A stretch of DNA of 64,000 bases from Hyphomicrobiales bacterium (GTDB lineage: Bacteria > Pseudomonadota > Alphaproteobacteria > Rhizobiales > JACESI01), in the NCBI GenBank assembly GCA_039973685.1, contig JBDWKL010000043.1:207749-271748 (forward strand). Reading direction: 5' to 3'. A model generated the notes under the pieces. The model had not been told where the DNA came from. It was given only the letters and a program-made list of their open reading frames with translations, and searched no databases. Position numbers and translations under genes: made by a program. Each line of letters begins with the position of its first letter. The stretch's first letter is position 1. This document shows positions 9,372-19,671 of the stretch, one piece after another.

Positions 9372-10304
9372 CTATAGCCCTAACAATGTTGCCAGCGGCT
9401 TAAGAAGCAGCGCTGCAAACAGAAGGAATAAATAGAGGATCGAAAACTTAAACAGCTTCTTCTCAGCGAGCATGTTGTCGCTACCCGCTTTTTGCCAAAC
9501 CTGTACAGCACGCCATACAAAGATTGAGCCGAGAACAATTGCGATGATGCCATAAGCAAGATTGGCAAAACCAAGTACCCAAGGCAGAACGCCAACAATA
9601 GCAAGCGGCACAGAATATAAAACCATCTGCAAGCGCGTGTGTTTTTCACCCGCAACATTTGGCAGCATCGGCATACCGATCACTTCGTAGTCGCCCATTT
9701 TAAACAGCGCAAGCGCCCAAAAATGCGGTGGTGTCCATAAGAAGATGATGGCGAATAAAATCCATGCTTCAACTGGCGCTGTGCCAGTCATTGCAGCCCA
9801 ACCAACCACAGGAGGGAAAGCACCAGCCGCACCACCAATAACGATGTTTTGCGGCGTCGCGCGTTTCAACCACATTGTGTAGAAGACGGCGTAGAAGAAG
9901 ATTGTGAAGGCAAGAAGGCCCGCTGCCACCCAATTAGCGACGAGGCCCAAAATCAACACTGAAAACAAAGAGAGCGTGAGGCCGAGAGCCAAAGCTTCTT
10001 GACGTGTGCAACGGCCTGATGGAATGGGACGGTTAGCAGTGCGTGACATTTGCGCGTCAATGTCTGCGTCATACCACATATTCAAAGCGCCTGAAGCACC
10101 AGCACCAACGGCAATGCAAAGTAGCGATACGGCGGCTAAAAACGGGTGTAGTCCGCCTTGCGGGGCAAGCACGATGCCGACAAAAGCAGTAAAGACGACA
10201 AGTTGCATAACGCGCGGCTTTAGAAGCTCGAAGAAATCCTTCGGGCCTGCCAGCGAAATGCTTGGTGCTTGTTGCACGTCGTTTTTTGCATCCATCATCG
10301 ACAT
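9372..10304 (-). CDS. ctaB: Protoheme IX farnesyltransferase (heme O synthase)
   Basis: A UbiA-superfamily polytopic protein with the LLKPRV and [11 protein letters not shown] motifs typical of CyoE/CtaB. Confidence 0.94.
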   Translation of the reverse strand: MSMMDAKNDVQQAPSISLAGPKDFFELLKPRVMQLVVFTAFVGIVLAPQGGLHPFLAAVSLLCIAVGAGASGALNMWYDADIDAQMSRTANRPIPSGRCTRQEALALGLTLSLFSVLILGLVANWVAAGLLAFTIFFYAVFYTMWLKRATPQNIVIGGAAGAFPPVVGWAAMTGTAPVEAWILFAIIFLWTPPHFWALALFKMGDYEVIGMPMLPNVAGEKHTRLQMVLYSVPLAIVGVLPWVLGFANLAYGIIAIVLGSIFVWRAVQVWQKAGSDNMLAEKKLFKFSILYLFLLFAALLLKPLATLLGL

Positions 10305-10360
10305 TTTAAACTACCTGTTGATCTCTCGATCACACCTCATTTTTAAACGCTCTTTATTAG

Positions 10361-10388
10361 GCGAAAGCCGCCACCCGAAGGTGACGAC
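10361..10388 (-). terminator. Imperfect stem-loop with UUCG loop plus a short U-tract between ctaD and ctaB (possible attenuator or processing site)
   Basis: The minus strand reads GTCGTCACC-TTCG-GGTGGCGGC-TTTCG. The stem is 7 of 9 bp, judged by eye. Confidence 0.35.
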
Positions 10389-10419
10389 CAAATTCGTATC
10401 ACGCAAATAAGCTTGAGGC

Positions 10420-12066
<1,647 letters not shown>

Positions 12067-12103
12067 TCAAATTTCTTTTTTATCGCTTGTCTATTGAGCC
12101 CGC

Positions 12104-13021
12104 TTACTTTTTAGCGAGCTGCACTTTCGCGTTTTTATTGTCTTTGATGTTAGACGCTAGAATTTCCCAACCGATATCTAGGTCTTCTGATGCTGAAGCT
12201 GCCCAATCATCAAATGTGTCTTCGTCAACAACACGGATTGCAATTGGCATGAATGAGTGTCCAGCAAGACCTTCACCTGCGCCACAAATTTGTGAACACT
12301 GACCGTAGTAGAGGCCTTCTTTTTCTGCCTTAAACCATGATGTGTTCAAGCGACCAGGAACCGCATCAGCTTTTACACCAAATGATGGAAGCGCTACCGC
12401 GTGCAACACATCGCCTGATGTGATGTCGAGGCGAACAATCTTACCAACTGGAACAACAATCTCATTGTCGACAGCAAGCAAGCGTGGATAGTTTGCAATG
12501 TCTTCGCCGCGCTCAAGAGCGATGTCTTTGCGCTCGTCTTCAGTTTGAAGCATGGAAGAGATGTATTCGTCGATCTCGTAGTCTGGATATTCATAACCCC
12601 AGTTCCACTGATATCCGGTCACTTTAATCACCACATCAGCTTCCGGCGTTTCAAGTTGCTGGTAAAGCAATTTGATTGACGGAGCGACGATGATCAAAAG
12701 GATCGCGATTGGCGCCACTGTCCAAATAATCTCAATCATCGTGTTGTGCGATGTTTTTGACGGAACAGGGTTAGCTTTAGAGTTGTAACGAATGATCACC
12801 CAGCCAAGCAGGCCTGTAACGAACAGTGTGATTATCGTGATGATAATCAGCGTAAAGCCGTTAAGCCGAGTAATGCTTTCCATAATCGGCGTTGCCGATT
12901 CTTGGAATGTCATCTGCCAATCTTTTGGCTGCTGAGCCAAGGCAAGGGTCGCAAATACGAAACTTACAAAAAATGTCAAAACGCCAGTCATTAGGCGGCA
13001 GGCGCGGTCAAATAGCATCAT
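12104..13021 (-). CDS. ctaC: Cytochrome c oxidase subunit II
   Basis: It has the CuA site CSQICGAGEGLAGHSFM, two TM helices and a signal-like N-terminus. The start is uncertain: 13021, 13018 or 13069. Confidence 0.93.
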   Translation of the reverse strand: MMLFDRACRLMTGVLTFFVSFVFATLALAQQPKDWQMTFQESATPIMESITRLNGFTLIIITIITLFVTGLLGWVIIRYNSKANPVPSKTSHNTMIEIIWTVAPIAILLIIVAPSIKLLYQQLETPEADVVIKVTGYQWNWGYEYPDYEIDEYISSMLQTEDERKDIALERGEDIANYPRLLAVDNEIVVPVGKIVRLDITSGDVLHAVALPSFGVKADAVPGRLNTSWFKAEKEGLYYGQCSQICGAGEGLAGHSFMPIAIRVVDEDTFDDWAASASEDLDIGWEILASNIKDNKNAKVQLAKK

Positions 13022-13094
13022 CGTCACGATGTCTTCTCCTGATTTCTCTCGCTGACTTAAAGCATCCAATAATTGAATCGCTTACGAGAGTTTT

Positions 13095-13124
13095 AGAAAG
13101 CACACGCTTTCTTGTTATTCTTTT
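13095..13124 (+). terminator. Terminator-like hairpin with a plus-strand T-tract, inside the ctaC 5' region
   Basis: The perfect 7-bp stem AGAAAGC-ACAC-GCTTTCT is followed by TGTTATTCTTTT. No plus-strand gene lies upstream. Confidence 0.3.
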
Positions 13125-13290
13125 AACGGTTTAACGAACCGTTGGAAATACGGCTGATTGCCTTACGACAATCTTGGTCAATTTAGGATGAAACCCAGAT
13201 TGAGGTCGCAGTTGCCCCCACGATTAATGGGTTAGAACCATATTGAGCCAAAAAGAACAATCTCTTTCTTCAAGAATAATACTAATTTGG

Positions 13291-13303
13291 GGTGAAATTC
13301 ACC
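13291..13303. promoter_or_regulatory. Perfect 13-bp palindrome GGTGAA-A-TTCACC in the ctaC/ialB divergent region
   Basis: Read directly from the sequence. Confidence 0.3.
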
Positions 13304-13488
13304 ATTAGAACGACGTCACGATGCAACACATGCATTTCATCCTCAAATTTTTCATACAATTACCCAAACCAAGGGCACTTCCAGCGGTGCAAAACCCAAA
13401 TTTAACGGCATGGCTATGCTTTTTTTCCAAATACCGCCTTATTCATGCTTGAAATAGAGATATTGAAAATTGATTCGAAAGCCTAGCA

Positions 13489-14016
13489 ATGTCTGCCATC
13501 AAAAATTTTCTTAAGCCGATCTCGGTGACGTTAGCCCTCCTTTCTGCGCCTGTATTGCTTGCTCAATCAGCAAATGCACAGGGCGAAGTGAAAGAAACCC
13601 ATGGAGAATGGGAAATTCGGTGTGAGACCCCAACAGGGGCCAAAGCGGACCAATGTGCGCTTATTCAATTTGTGGTCGCTGATGATCGCCCCAATGTTGG
13701 GCTTACCGTCATTGTTCTAAAGACTGCTGATAAGAAAGCACGCGTCTTGCGCGTACTCGCGCCCCTTGGCGTTTTGCTTCCTTCTGGTCTCGGCCTTCGC
13801 ATTGATAACAAGAATCTAGGTAATGCGGCCTTTGTGCGCTGTGTTGCAGATGGCGGCTGTGTTGCGGAAATCGTAATGGATGACAAATTAGTCGACGATT
13901 TCAAAAAGGGAAATGTTGCCACATTTGTGATTTTCCAAACGCCAGAAGAAGGTATAGGCATTCCAATTGAACTTAATGGTTTTACTGCGGGCTTTACCGC
14001 ACTAGAAAAACTGTAA
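13489..14016 (+). CDS. Invasion-associated locus B (IalB) family periplasmic protein
   Basis: It has a signal peptide, then THGEWEIRCE..DQCALIQ and conserved Cys residues in the C-terminal part, typical of IalB. Confidence 0.85.
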   Translation: MSAIKNFLKPISVTLALLSAPVLLAQSANAQGEVKETHGEWEIRCETPTGAKADQCALIQFVVADDRPNVGLTVIVLKTADKKARVLRVLAPLGVLLPSGLGLRIDNKNLGNAAFVRCVADGGCVAEIVMDDKLVDDFKKGNVATFVIFQTPEEGIGIPIELNGFTAGFTALEKL

Positions 14017-14056
14017 GCCCTCCCCTCTACCAAAAGACGCGCTAAGGACCACCTGT

Positions 14057-15493
14057 ATGACCGATATTGCACCCTCACCCGATATGTCACTGTTTGAAAT
14101 TGGCGACCTATCGCGAGATAAGGCAACATCAATGCTGGGTGATGCTTTAAAGGGTGCAGATGATGGCGAGCTTTTTGTCGAATATTCCCAGTCTGAAGGG
14201 CTGACATTTGACAATGGACGCTTGAAGGCAGCTTCTTTCAACACGGGCCAAGGCTTTGGCCTTCGTGCAGTTGCTGGTGAAGCGGCAGGTTATGCGCATT
14301 CGGGCGAAATTTCTGTGGCAGCCCTTGAGCGTGCAGGTGATGCGGTGCAAGCCGTTAAGGCAGGTTATGAGGGCTCTTATGCAGCAGCACCTGCCCGAAC
14401 CAACCGTCAACTTTATACAAGCGACAACCCAATCGGTGAACCAAGCTTTGAGGCGAAGGTTGATTTGCTTCAAAAGATTGATGCCTATGCGAGAGATTTA
14501 GACCCTCGCGTACGGCAAGTCTCTGCGTCGCTTTCTGCTAATTGGCAGGTGGTCGAAATTCTCCGCGCTGATGGTCACTATGTGCGTGATGTCCGCCCGA
14601 TGGTTCGCCTTAATGTTTCTGTTGTTGCTGGCGAAGGCGACAGACAGGAAACAGGGAGCTATGGCACAGGCGGACGCACCGCTTTTTCAGACTTCCTACT
14701 GACAGAAAACTGGCAGCACGGCGTGAACGAAGCCCTGCGGCAGGCACTGGTCAACTTAGATGCAATACCAGCCCCTGCTGGTGAACTTGATGTGGTTCTT
14801 GGCGCAGGTTGGCCGGGCATTCTTCTGCATGAGGCTGTTGGTCACGGTCTTGAAGGCGACTTTAACCGCAAGAAAACATCTGCCTTTTCTAACCTAATGG
14901 GCGAGATGGTCGCCTCCCCTGGTCTGACCGTGGTGGATGACGGCACTATTCATGACCGCCGAGGTTCTTTGTCTGTCGATGATGAAGGCACACCCACCAA
15001 CCGAACGGTATTGATCGAAGATGGCCGTCTAGTTGGCTATATGCAAGACCGTCAAAATGCACGCCTTATGGGTGTTAAACCAACCGGTAATGGCCGCCGC
15101 CAATCATATGCTCACATTCCAATGCCGCGCATGACAAACACGATCATGGTCAACGGCAACCACGAGCCAGACGAGATTATCTCATCCGTGAAAAAAGGCC
15201 TCTACGCTGTTTCTTTCGGCGGTGGGCAGGTTGATATTACATCTGGTAAATTCGTGTTTGAATGTACCGAAGCTTACATGCTCGAAGACGGCAAAATTGG
15301 TGCGCCCGTAAAAGGCGCAATGATCATCGGTAACGGACCGGAAGCTATGCGCAAAATTCCAATGATTGGCAATGATTTGAAGCTTGATCCAGGCATTGGA
15401 ACTTGCGGCAAACAAGGCCAAGGTGTGCCTGTGGGCGTTGGTCAACCAACCATGCGCCTTGATGGTATCACCGTTGGCGGAACTGCGGTTTAA
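14057..15493 (+). CDS. tldD: Metalloprotease TldD
   Basis: It has the HEAVGHGLEGD zinc motif and full-length TldD-like sequence. Confidence 0.93.
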   Translation: MTDIAPSPDMSLFEIGDLSRDKATSMLGDALKGADDGELFVEYSQSEGLTFDNGRLKAASFNTGQGFGLRAVAGEAAGYAHSGEISVAALERAGDAVQAVKAGYEGSYAAAPARTNRQLYTSDNPIGEPSFEAKVDLLQKIDAYARDLDPRVRQVSASLSANWQVVEILRADGHYVRDVRPMVRLNVSVVAGEGDRQETGSYGTGGRTAFSDFLLTENWQHGVNEALRQALVNLDAIPAPAGELDVVLGAGWPGILLHEAVGHGLEGDFNRKKTSAFSNLMGEMVASPGLTVVDDGTIHDRRGSLSVDDEGTPTNRTVLIEDGRLVGYMQDRQNARLMGVKPTGNGRRQSYAHIPMPRMTNTIMVNGNHEPDEIISSVKKGLYAVSFGGGQVDITSGKFVFECTEAYMLEDGKIGAPVKGAMIIGNGPEAMRKIPMIGNDLKLDPGIGTCGKQGQGVPVGVGQPTMRLDGITVGGTAV

Positions 15494-15511
15494 TTTGGCA
15501 GTCCCTTTGGC

Positions 15512-16114
15512 TTAAGGATACCAACGCTCTTTCGTCCAGTCTTGATCAATTGTTTCTCGTTGAAAAACCGAGCGATCATGAAGACGCGCCTCTCCATCCT
15601 GCCAAAATTCAATATAAAGCGGCAAAATACGCGTGCCATGCCAATGGTTAGGGCGCGGAATATGCTCTTCGGGGTATAGCTTATTCAGTCGCTCAATCTC
15701 CTGCATCATGGTTTCTCTGCTATCAAGAGGCCGCGATTGTTGCGAAGCTACCGCGCCTAGGCGACTCATGCGGCTTCGCGATGCGAAATACGCATCAGCC
15801 TCTGCGTCTGTTACAGGTTCGATCAAACCTCTAACACGCACCTGACGCCGCAAACTTTTCCAATGAAAATTCACTGCAGCTTTTCCGCTTTGTTGAATTT
15901 CTTGCCCTTTCTGACTTTCAAGGTTTGTGTAGAAAACAAAACCTCTCTCATCATGACCTTTCAACAAAACAACACGAATATTTGGAAGTCCGCTTGAATC
16001 AACACTGGACAAAGCCATCGCATTTGGGTCATTAATCTCAGAAGATTGGGCGTCAGAGAACCATCGCTCAAACAGGTTATTGGGATTAGTTTCTTCAACA
16101 AAGTTATCAGTCAT
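15512..16114 (-). CDS. pdxH: Pyridoxamine 5'-phosphate oxidase
   Basis: It has the RVVLLKGHDERGFVFYTN and IEFWQDG..RLHDR motifs. Confidence 0.93.
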   Translation of the reverse strand: MTDNFVEETNPNNLFERWFSDAQSSEINDPNAMALSSVDSSGLPNIRVVLLKGHDERGFVFYTNLESQKGQEIQQSGKAAVNFHWKSLRRQVRVRGLIEPVTDAEADAYFASRSRMSRLGAVASQQSRPLDSRETMMQEIERLNKLYPEEHIPRPNHWHGTRILPLYIEFWQDGEARLHDRSVFQRETIDQDWTKERWYP

Positions 16115-16176
16115 TAACTTTAGCCTGTCATAGTGAGATGGTAATTCGACGTCATGGAATTCGTAAACGGTTTAGA

Positions 16177-16665
16177 ATGTTTGTAAAGCCTACACATCCC
16201 TCAAAAAAATCAATGTTATCATTGCTTACCTTGTGTTCAGCTATTGGTTTGGCAGGGTGCTCTATCACTGGTTTTGGGCCGGAAGTAGACAATGTGAACA
16301 CCACGGCTTCTACTACAACCGTTGAGACCACAGCCTCACTTCAAGAAACCGTAGACCCATCTGATTGGGACAAGGTGCGCGAAGTGATGGACACTGTTTT
16401 GGTATCAGAACCTGCCGGTAAAACGCTTCCGTGGGAAAACGACGTGACTGGAACGGTTGGGACAATTGTCCCAATGGGTCTTGTTTCTGGCGACAATGGA
16501 ACGATTTGCCGCAAGTTTTCCACAACCATCAACGGCATTGGCGGCATCCTTCAATATCGTGGCGATGCCTGCAAACCGCAAAATGGTCCCCTAGAGCTTA
16601 AAGGCTTAGTGCCGCACAATGCCGTCGTTGACGCGACTGTGGATGCACTACCAAAGCTTCAGTAG
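16177..16665 (+). CDS. Surface-antigen-like lipoprotein (RT0821/Lpp0805-type)
   Basis: It has the lipobox LAGC. The conserved C-terminal part is W.N..TG..G.I...... with CRKF....ING....YRGDAC. The start is uncertain: 16138, 16177 or 16213. Confidence 0.65.
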   Translation: MFVKPTHPSKKSMLSLLTLCSAIGLAGCSITGFGPEVDNVNTTASTTTVETTASLQETVDPSDWDKVREVMDTVLVSEPAGKTLPWENDVTGTVGTIVPMGLVSGDNGTICRKFSTTINGIGGILQYRGDACKPQNGPLELKGLVPHNAVVDATVDALPKLQ

Positions 16666-16691
16666 CGCTTATCTATTCTCTTAATGTTACC

Positions 16692-16728
16692 TCTCCCCAA
16701 TTTTTATCGAGGGAGATTGTTTCTTTTT
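16692..16728 (+). terminator. Candidate rho-independent terminator
   Basis: A TCTCCC/GGGAGA stem with a 13-nt loop is followed by TTGTTTCTTTTT. Confidence 0.45.
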
Positions 16729-16781
16729 GACGTTGGGATGCCTACATTAGTCTTTGAAAAGTTCCACTAATTGAAGTTAAC

Positions 16782-17735
16782 ATGCGCGATCCTTATTCTA
16801 TTTTGGGTGTTTCCAAGTCTGCCAGCGAAAGCGAAGTCAAAAGCGCTTTTAGAAAACTGGCAAAAAAATATCATCCTGACCAAAACGCAGACAATCCTCG
16901 CGCTCAAGAAAAGTTTGCCGAGGTCAATTCCGCTTATGAAATTGTCGGCGATAAAGAAAAACGCGGGCAGTTTGATCGTGGCGAAATAGATGCCGAAGGC
17001 AAACAAGCCGGTTTTGCTGGCGGGAACCCCTTTGGCGGCGGCAATCCTTTTGGCGGCGGCGGGCGACGATCTGGTGGCGGCCAAGGCGGGTTTTCTGCTG
17101 AAGATATATTAGGCGAAATTTTTGGCGGCAGAGGCGGCGGCGGCGGCGGCGCTGGTCCGTTTGGCGGCGCTGGAAGTCGTAGTTCCCAACAAAGCACGCA
17201 ATCGTCGCGTGGTTCCAAAGGCCAAGATGTAAATGCTGCTCTTCAAGTGACACTGGATGATCTTTCCAAGAAAGACAAAATCCGAGTGGAATTACCGAGT
17301 GGCAAGACACTCTCTGTCGCCCTTCCAAATGGGGTTACGGATGGGCAGGTCATTCGGCTTAAAGGACAAGGCGAAGCTGGCTTTTCAGGCGCCAATGGCG
17401 ATGCGCTCATCACCATCAACATTCGCAAACACTCGATGTTCAAACGTGACGGCGATGCGCTGCGTATTGATGTTCCCGTAACGCTTTACGAAGCCGTGCT
17501 TGGGGGCAAGGTCACAGTGCCAACCATGAAGGGGTCCGTTTCCCTGGCTATTCCTAAAGGAACCAGCGGCGGCCAAACATTGCGGATTAAAGATCGTGGC
17601 ATCATCAAACGCGATGGCGCCATGGGAGATGTTTTAGCAACCTTGCGGATCATCTTACCAGAAGATGGCATGCAAGATCTTGAAACCATGATGCAAGTCT
17701 GGCGCGATCAACGGCCTTACAACGTCCGCAATTAA
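16782..17735 (+). CDS. J-domain co-chaperone (CbpA/DnaJ-like, no zinc finger)
   Basis: It has the J domain [32 protein letters not shown] Gly/Phe-rich linker and DnaJ C-terminal domains follow. There are no CxxCxGxG repeats. Confidence 0.88.
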   Translation: MRDPYSILGVSKSASESEVKSAFRKLAKKYHPDQNADNPRAQEKFAEVNSAYEIVGDKEKRGQFDRGEIDAEGKQAGFAGGNPFGGGNPFGGGGRRSGGGQGGFSAEDILGEIFGGRGGGGGGAGPFGGAGSRSSQQSTQSSRGSKGQDVNAALQVTLDDLSKKDKIRVELPSGKTLSVALPNGVTDGQVIRLKGQGEAGFSGANGDALITINIRKHSMFKRDGDALRIDVPVTLYEAVLGGKVTVPTMKGSVSLAIPKGTSGGQTLRIKDRGIIKRDGAMGDVLATLRIILPEDGMQDLETMMQVWRDQRPYNVRN

Positions 17736-17868
17736 ATAAAAACCTCAAAACCAAAAGGCCCCATCACCTCAAAAAGGTAACGGGGCAAGGTGCCTTGACA
17801 CAGATACATAGCGTCAAGGCCGGAGGCGAAGCCGTGATGGAAATTTGAGTGGAACCTTAGTGGTGGGC

Positions 17869-17900
17869 ATAAAAGAACCAGCCAGTATCGGCTGGTTCTT
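17869..17900 (-). terminator. Rho-independent terminator of the BA14K gene
   Basis: The perfect 10-bp stem AGAACCAGCC/GGCTGGTTCT with a 6-nt loop is followed by TTTTAT on the minus strand. Confidence 0.75.
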
Positions 17901-17920
17901 ATGACTGGATGTCGTTCTTC

Positions 17921-18316
17921 TTAGTTGAAAGGAGATTCGCAGTAAGTTTCACCATGGCGACGTGAGATATATGTGTCTGAACGGTGATCATAAGATCTGT
18001 ACTTTGAGTAGCACCAATCAAAATGCTTTTCCTGACGGCTCACTCGGTATTCGCGACGCTCACGAACATTGTTGCGTGACTTAGAGGCGTTGCTTGCAAG
18101 CAATCCACCAACAATAGCTGCGCTCACGCCGATCGTTGCGACACCCCGTTTTGTGAACTTTCCGTTCTTTTTAAAGAAGCCGACTTTTTCGACGGTGGTT
18201 GCTTTATCAATGTTTGTTAAAGCGTTCATACCATTTGCGCTTGCTGTATTAACGCTCATCGCAACTGTTGCGACGGCGAAAGCTGCGATAACTGTTTTTG
18301 TAAATGTGTTGGTCAT
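17921..18316 (-). CDS. BA14K family protein
   Basis: It has a signal peptide and a central TM/Gly-rich segment. The C-terminal BA14K motif is HFDWCYSKYRSYDHRSDTYISRRHGETYC. I prefer the start at MTNTFTK (18316). Confidence 0.8.
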   Translation of the reverse strand: MTNTFTKTVIAAFAVATVAMSVNTASANGMNALTNIDKATTVEKVGFFKKNGKFTKRGVATIGVSAAIVGGLLASNASKSRNNVRERREYRVSRQEKHFDWCYSKYRSYDHRSDTYISRRHGETYCESPFN

Positions 18317-18483
18317 TGTATCTCTCCGAATATGTCTTGTTTGTGCGTTTATTTGAGTTGTTTGTGTCTCTCGATGATTTGAATTTAGGGCCAAGCAAAA
18401 CATAATGATGTGCATTGATGCACACTGAGTGCACATTGCATGATTATTTTTCTGTAAAATGAAATTTCAACACAAGACGTGAA

Positions 18484-19455
18484 TTAACGAGGTGCTGCAG
18501 CTCGTGCCAAACGGTCGTTGATGGCCAAACCAAGGCCTGAAGTTGGTATTGGCGAGACCGCGATCCTCTTTACACCCAGCTCATCAAACTGCGTGAGGCA
18601 AGAAAAGAGGTTTGCTGCTGCTTCTTTCAAATCGCCACTTTCACTAAGTGAAAGAACATGGTGAGCATCAAGCTTCGCCGCGCCAAAAGTCAACGCGCCA
18701 TCTTCACCATCAATTTCAGTGGCGGACAGACGAAGGGTTGCATTGGGCGCATAATGAGAGAGCATCATACCGGGTGCTTTGATGTGACCATCCGGCGTGG
18801 AATGATGAAGGGGCGCGCCAATATGTTCCTCTAAGGTCTCGGTCGATAAGCCACCCGGTCGCAAAAGAACTGTTTTACCTTCAACAAAGGAAACAATGGT
18901 CGATTCCAACCCAACACTTGCCGGCCCGCCGTCCAAAATCAAATCAATCCGGCCGTCAAGCTGTGTGGCGACATGGTCAGCAGAGGTGGGGCTTATTTTT
19001 CCAGATAAATTGGCGCTTGGCGCTGCAATCGGCTTGCCATAAGCGCCAATGATGTGCCGTGCTTTGCCCATGGGCACGCGGATGGCGACTGTGTCCAAGC
19101 CTGCGCGAACAAGATCTGACAAACCTGCACCCTTCTTATAGGGCACAACCAATGTCAAAGGACCGGGCCAAAAGTGCTTTGCGCAATTGAGCGCTTCATT
19201 CGAAAACTCACCATATTGCATCGCCATTTCTAAGCTATCGCAATGAACAATCAGCGGATTAAAGCTTGGCCGTCCCTTAGCTTCATAGATACTGGCAACC
19301 GCTTCGCCATTGGTTGCATCAGCAGCAAGGCCATAAACAGTCTCAGTTGGAAGTGCGACCAAACCACCCGCCTTAAAAACGTCAAGCGCAAGGTTTTCGG
19401 CATTTTCGCTCGTTAATGCGGTTTTCTCAGTCGTTTTATGCACAAAAGCACTCAT
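18484..19455 (-). CDS. tsaC: L-threonylcarbamoyladenylate synthase (Sua5/TsaC long form)
   Basis: It has the YrdC domain (PTETVYGLAADA, SANLSG) plus a Sua5 C-terminal domain. Confidence 0.9.
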   Translation of the reverse strand: MSAFVHKTTEKTALTSENAENLALDVFKAGGLVALPTETVYGLAADATNGEAVASIYEAKGRPSFNPLIVHCDSLEMAMQYGEFSNEALNCAKHFWPGPLTLVVPYKKGAGLSDLVRAGLDTVAIRVPMGKARHIIGAYGKPIAAPSANLSGKISPTSADHVATQLDGRIDLILDGGPASVGLESTIVSFVEGKTVLLRPGGLSTETLEEHIGAPLHHSTPDGHIKAPGMMLSHYAPNATLRLSATEIDGEDGALTFGAAKLDAHHVLSLSESGDLKEAAANLFSCLTQFDELGVKRIAVSPIPTSGLGLAINDRLARAAAPR

Positions 19456-19463
19456 ATTTGTTG

Positions 19464-19479
19464 ACGTTTACGTAAGCGT
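19464..19479. promoter_or_regulatory. 16-bp near-perfect palindrome ACGTTTACGTAAGCGT overlapping a TTGACG(-35)-17 nt-TAAAAC(-10)-like arrangement
   Basis: 14 of 16 positions are symmetric around a TTACGTAA core. It lies in the divergent tsaC/acyl-CoA dehydrogenase region. Confidence 0.4.
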
Positions 19480-19671
19480 TATTTAAAACGATACGCAGTT
19501 GATCGCCGCAAGTAAGACAATCGGTTTTGCGGGATTGTTCATGGCACAAAAGCACGGCATCATGCCAGAATAAAAATTGCGGAAAATTACGTTGCTTCTA
19601 TTTGGCGTCGAACACAATGAAAGTTTCGAGGCAGAGGACACATAGAGCAACGTCTATAATAGGAGGTCTGC

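Noticed and set aside
17133-17150. (GGC)6 microsatellite as a possible phase-variation tract.
   Set aside because: It is in-frame, encodes part of the normal Gly/Phe-rich linker of the J-domain protein, and changes in steps of 3 nt, so it is not a frameshifting contingency locus.
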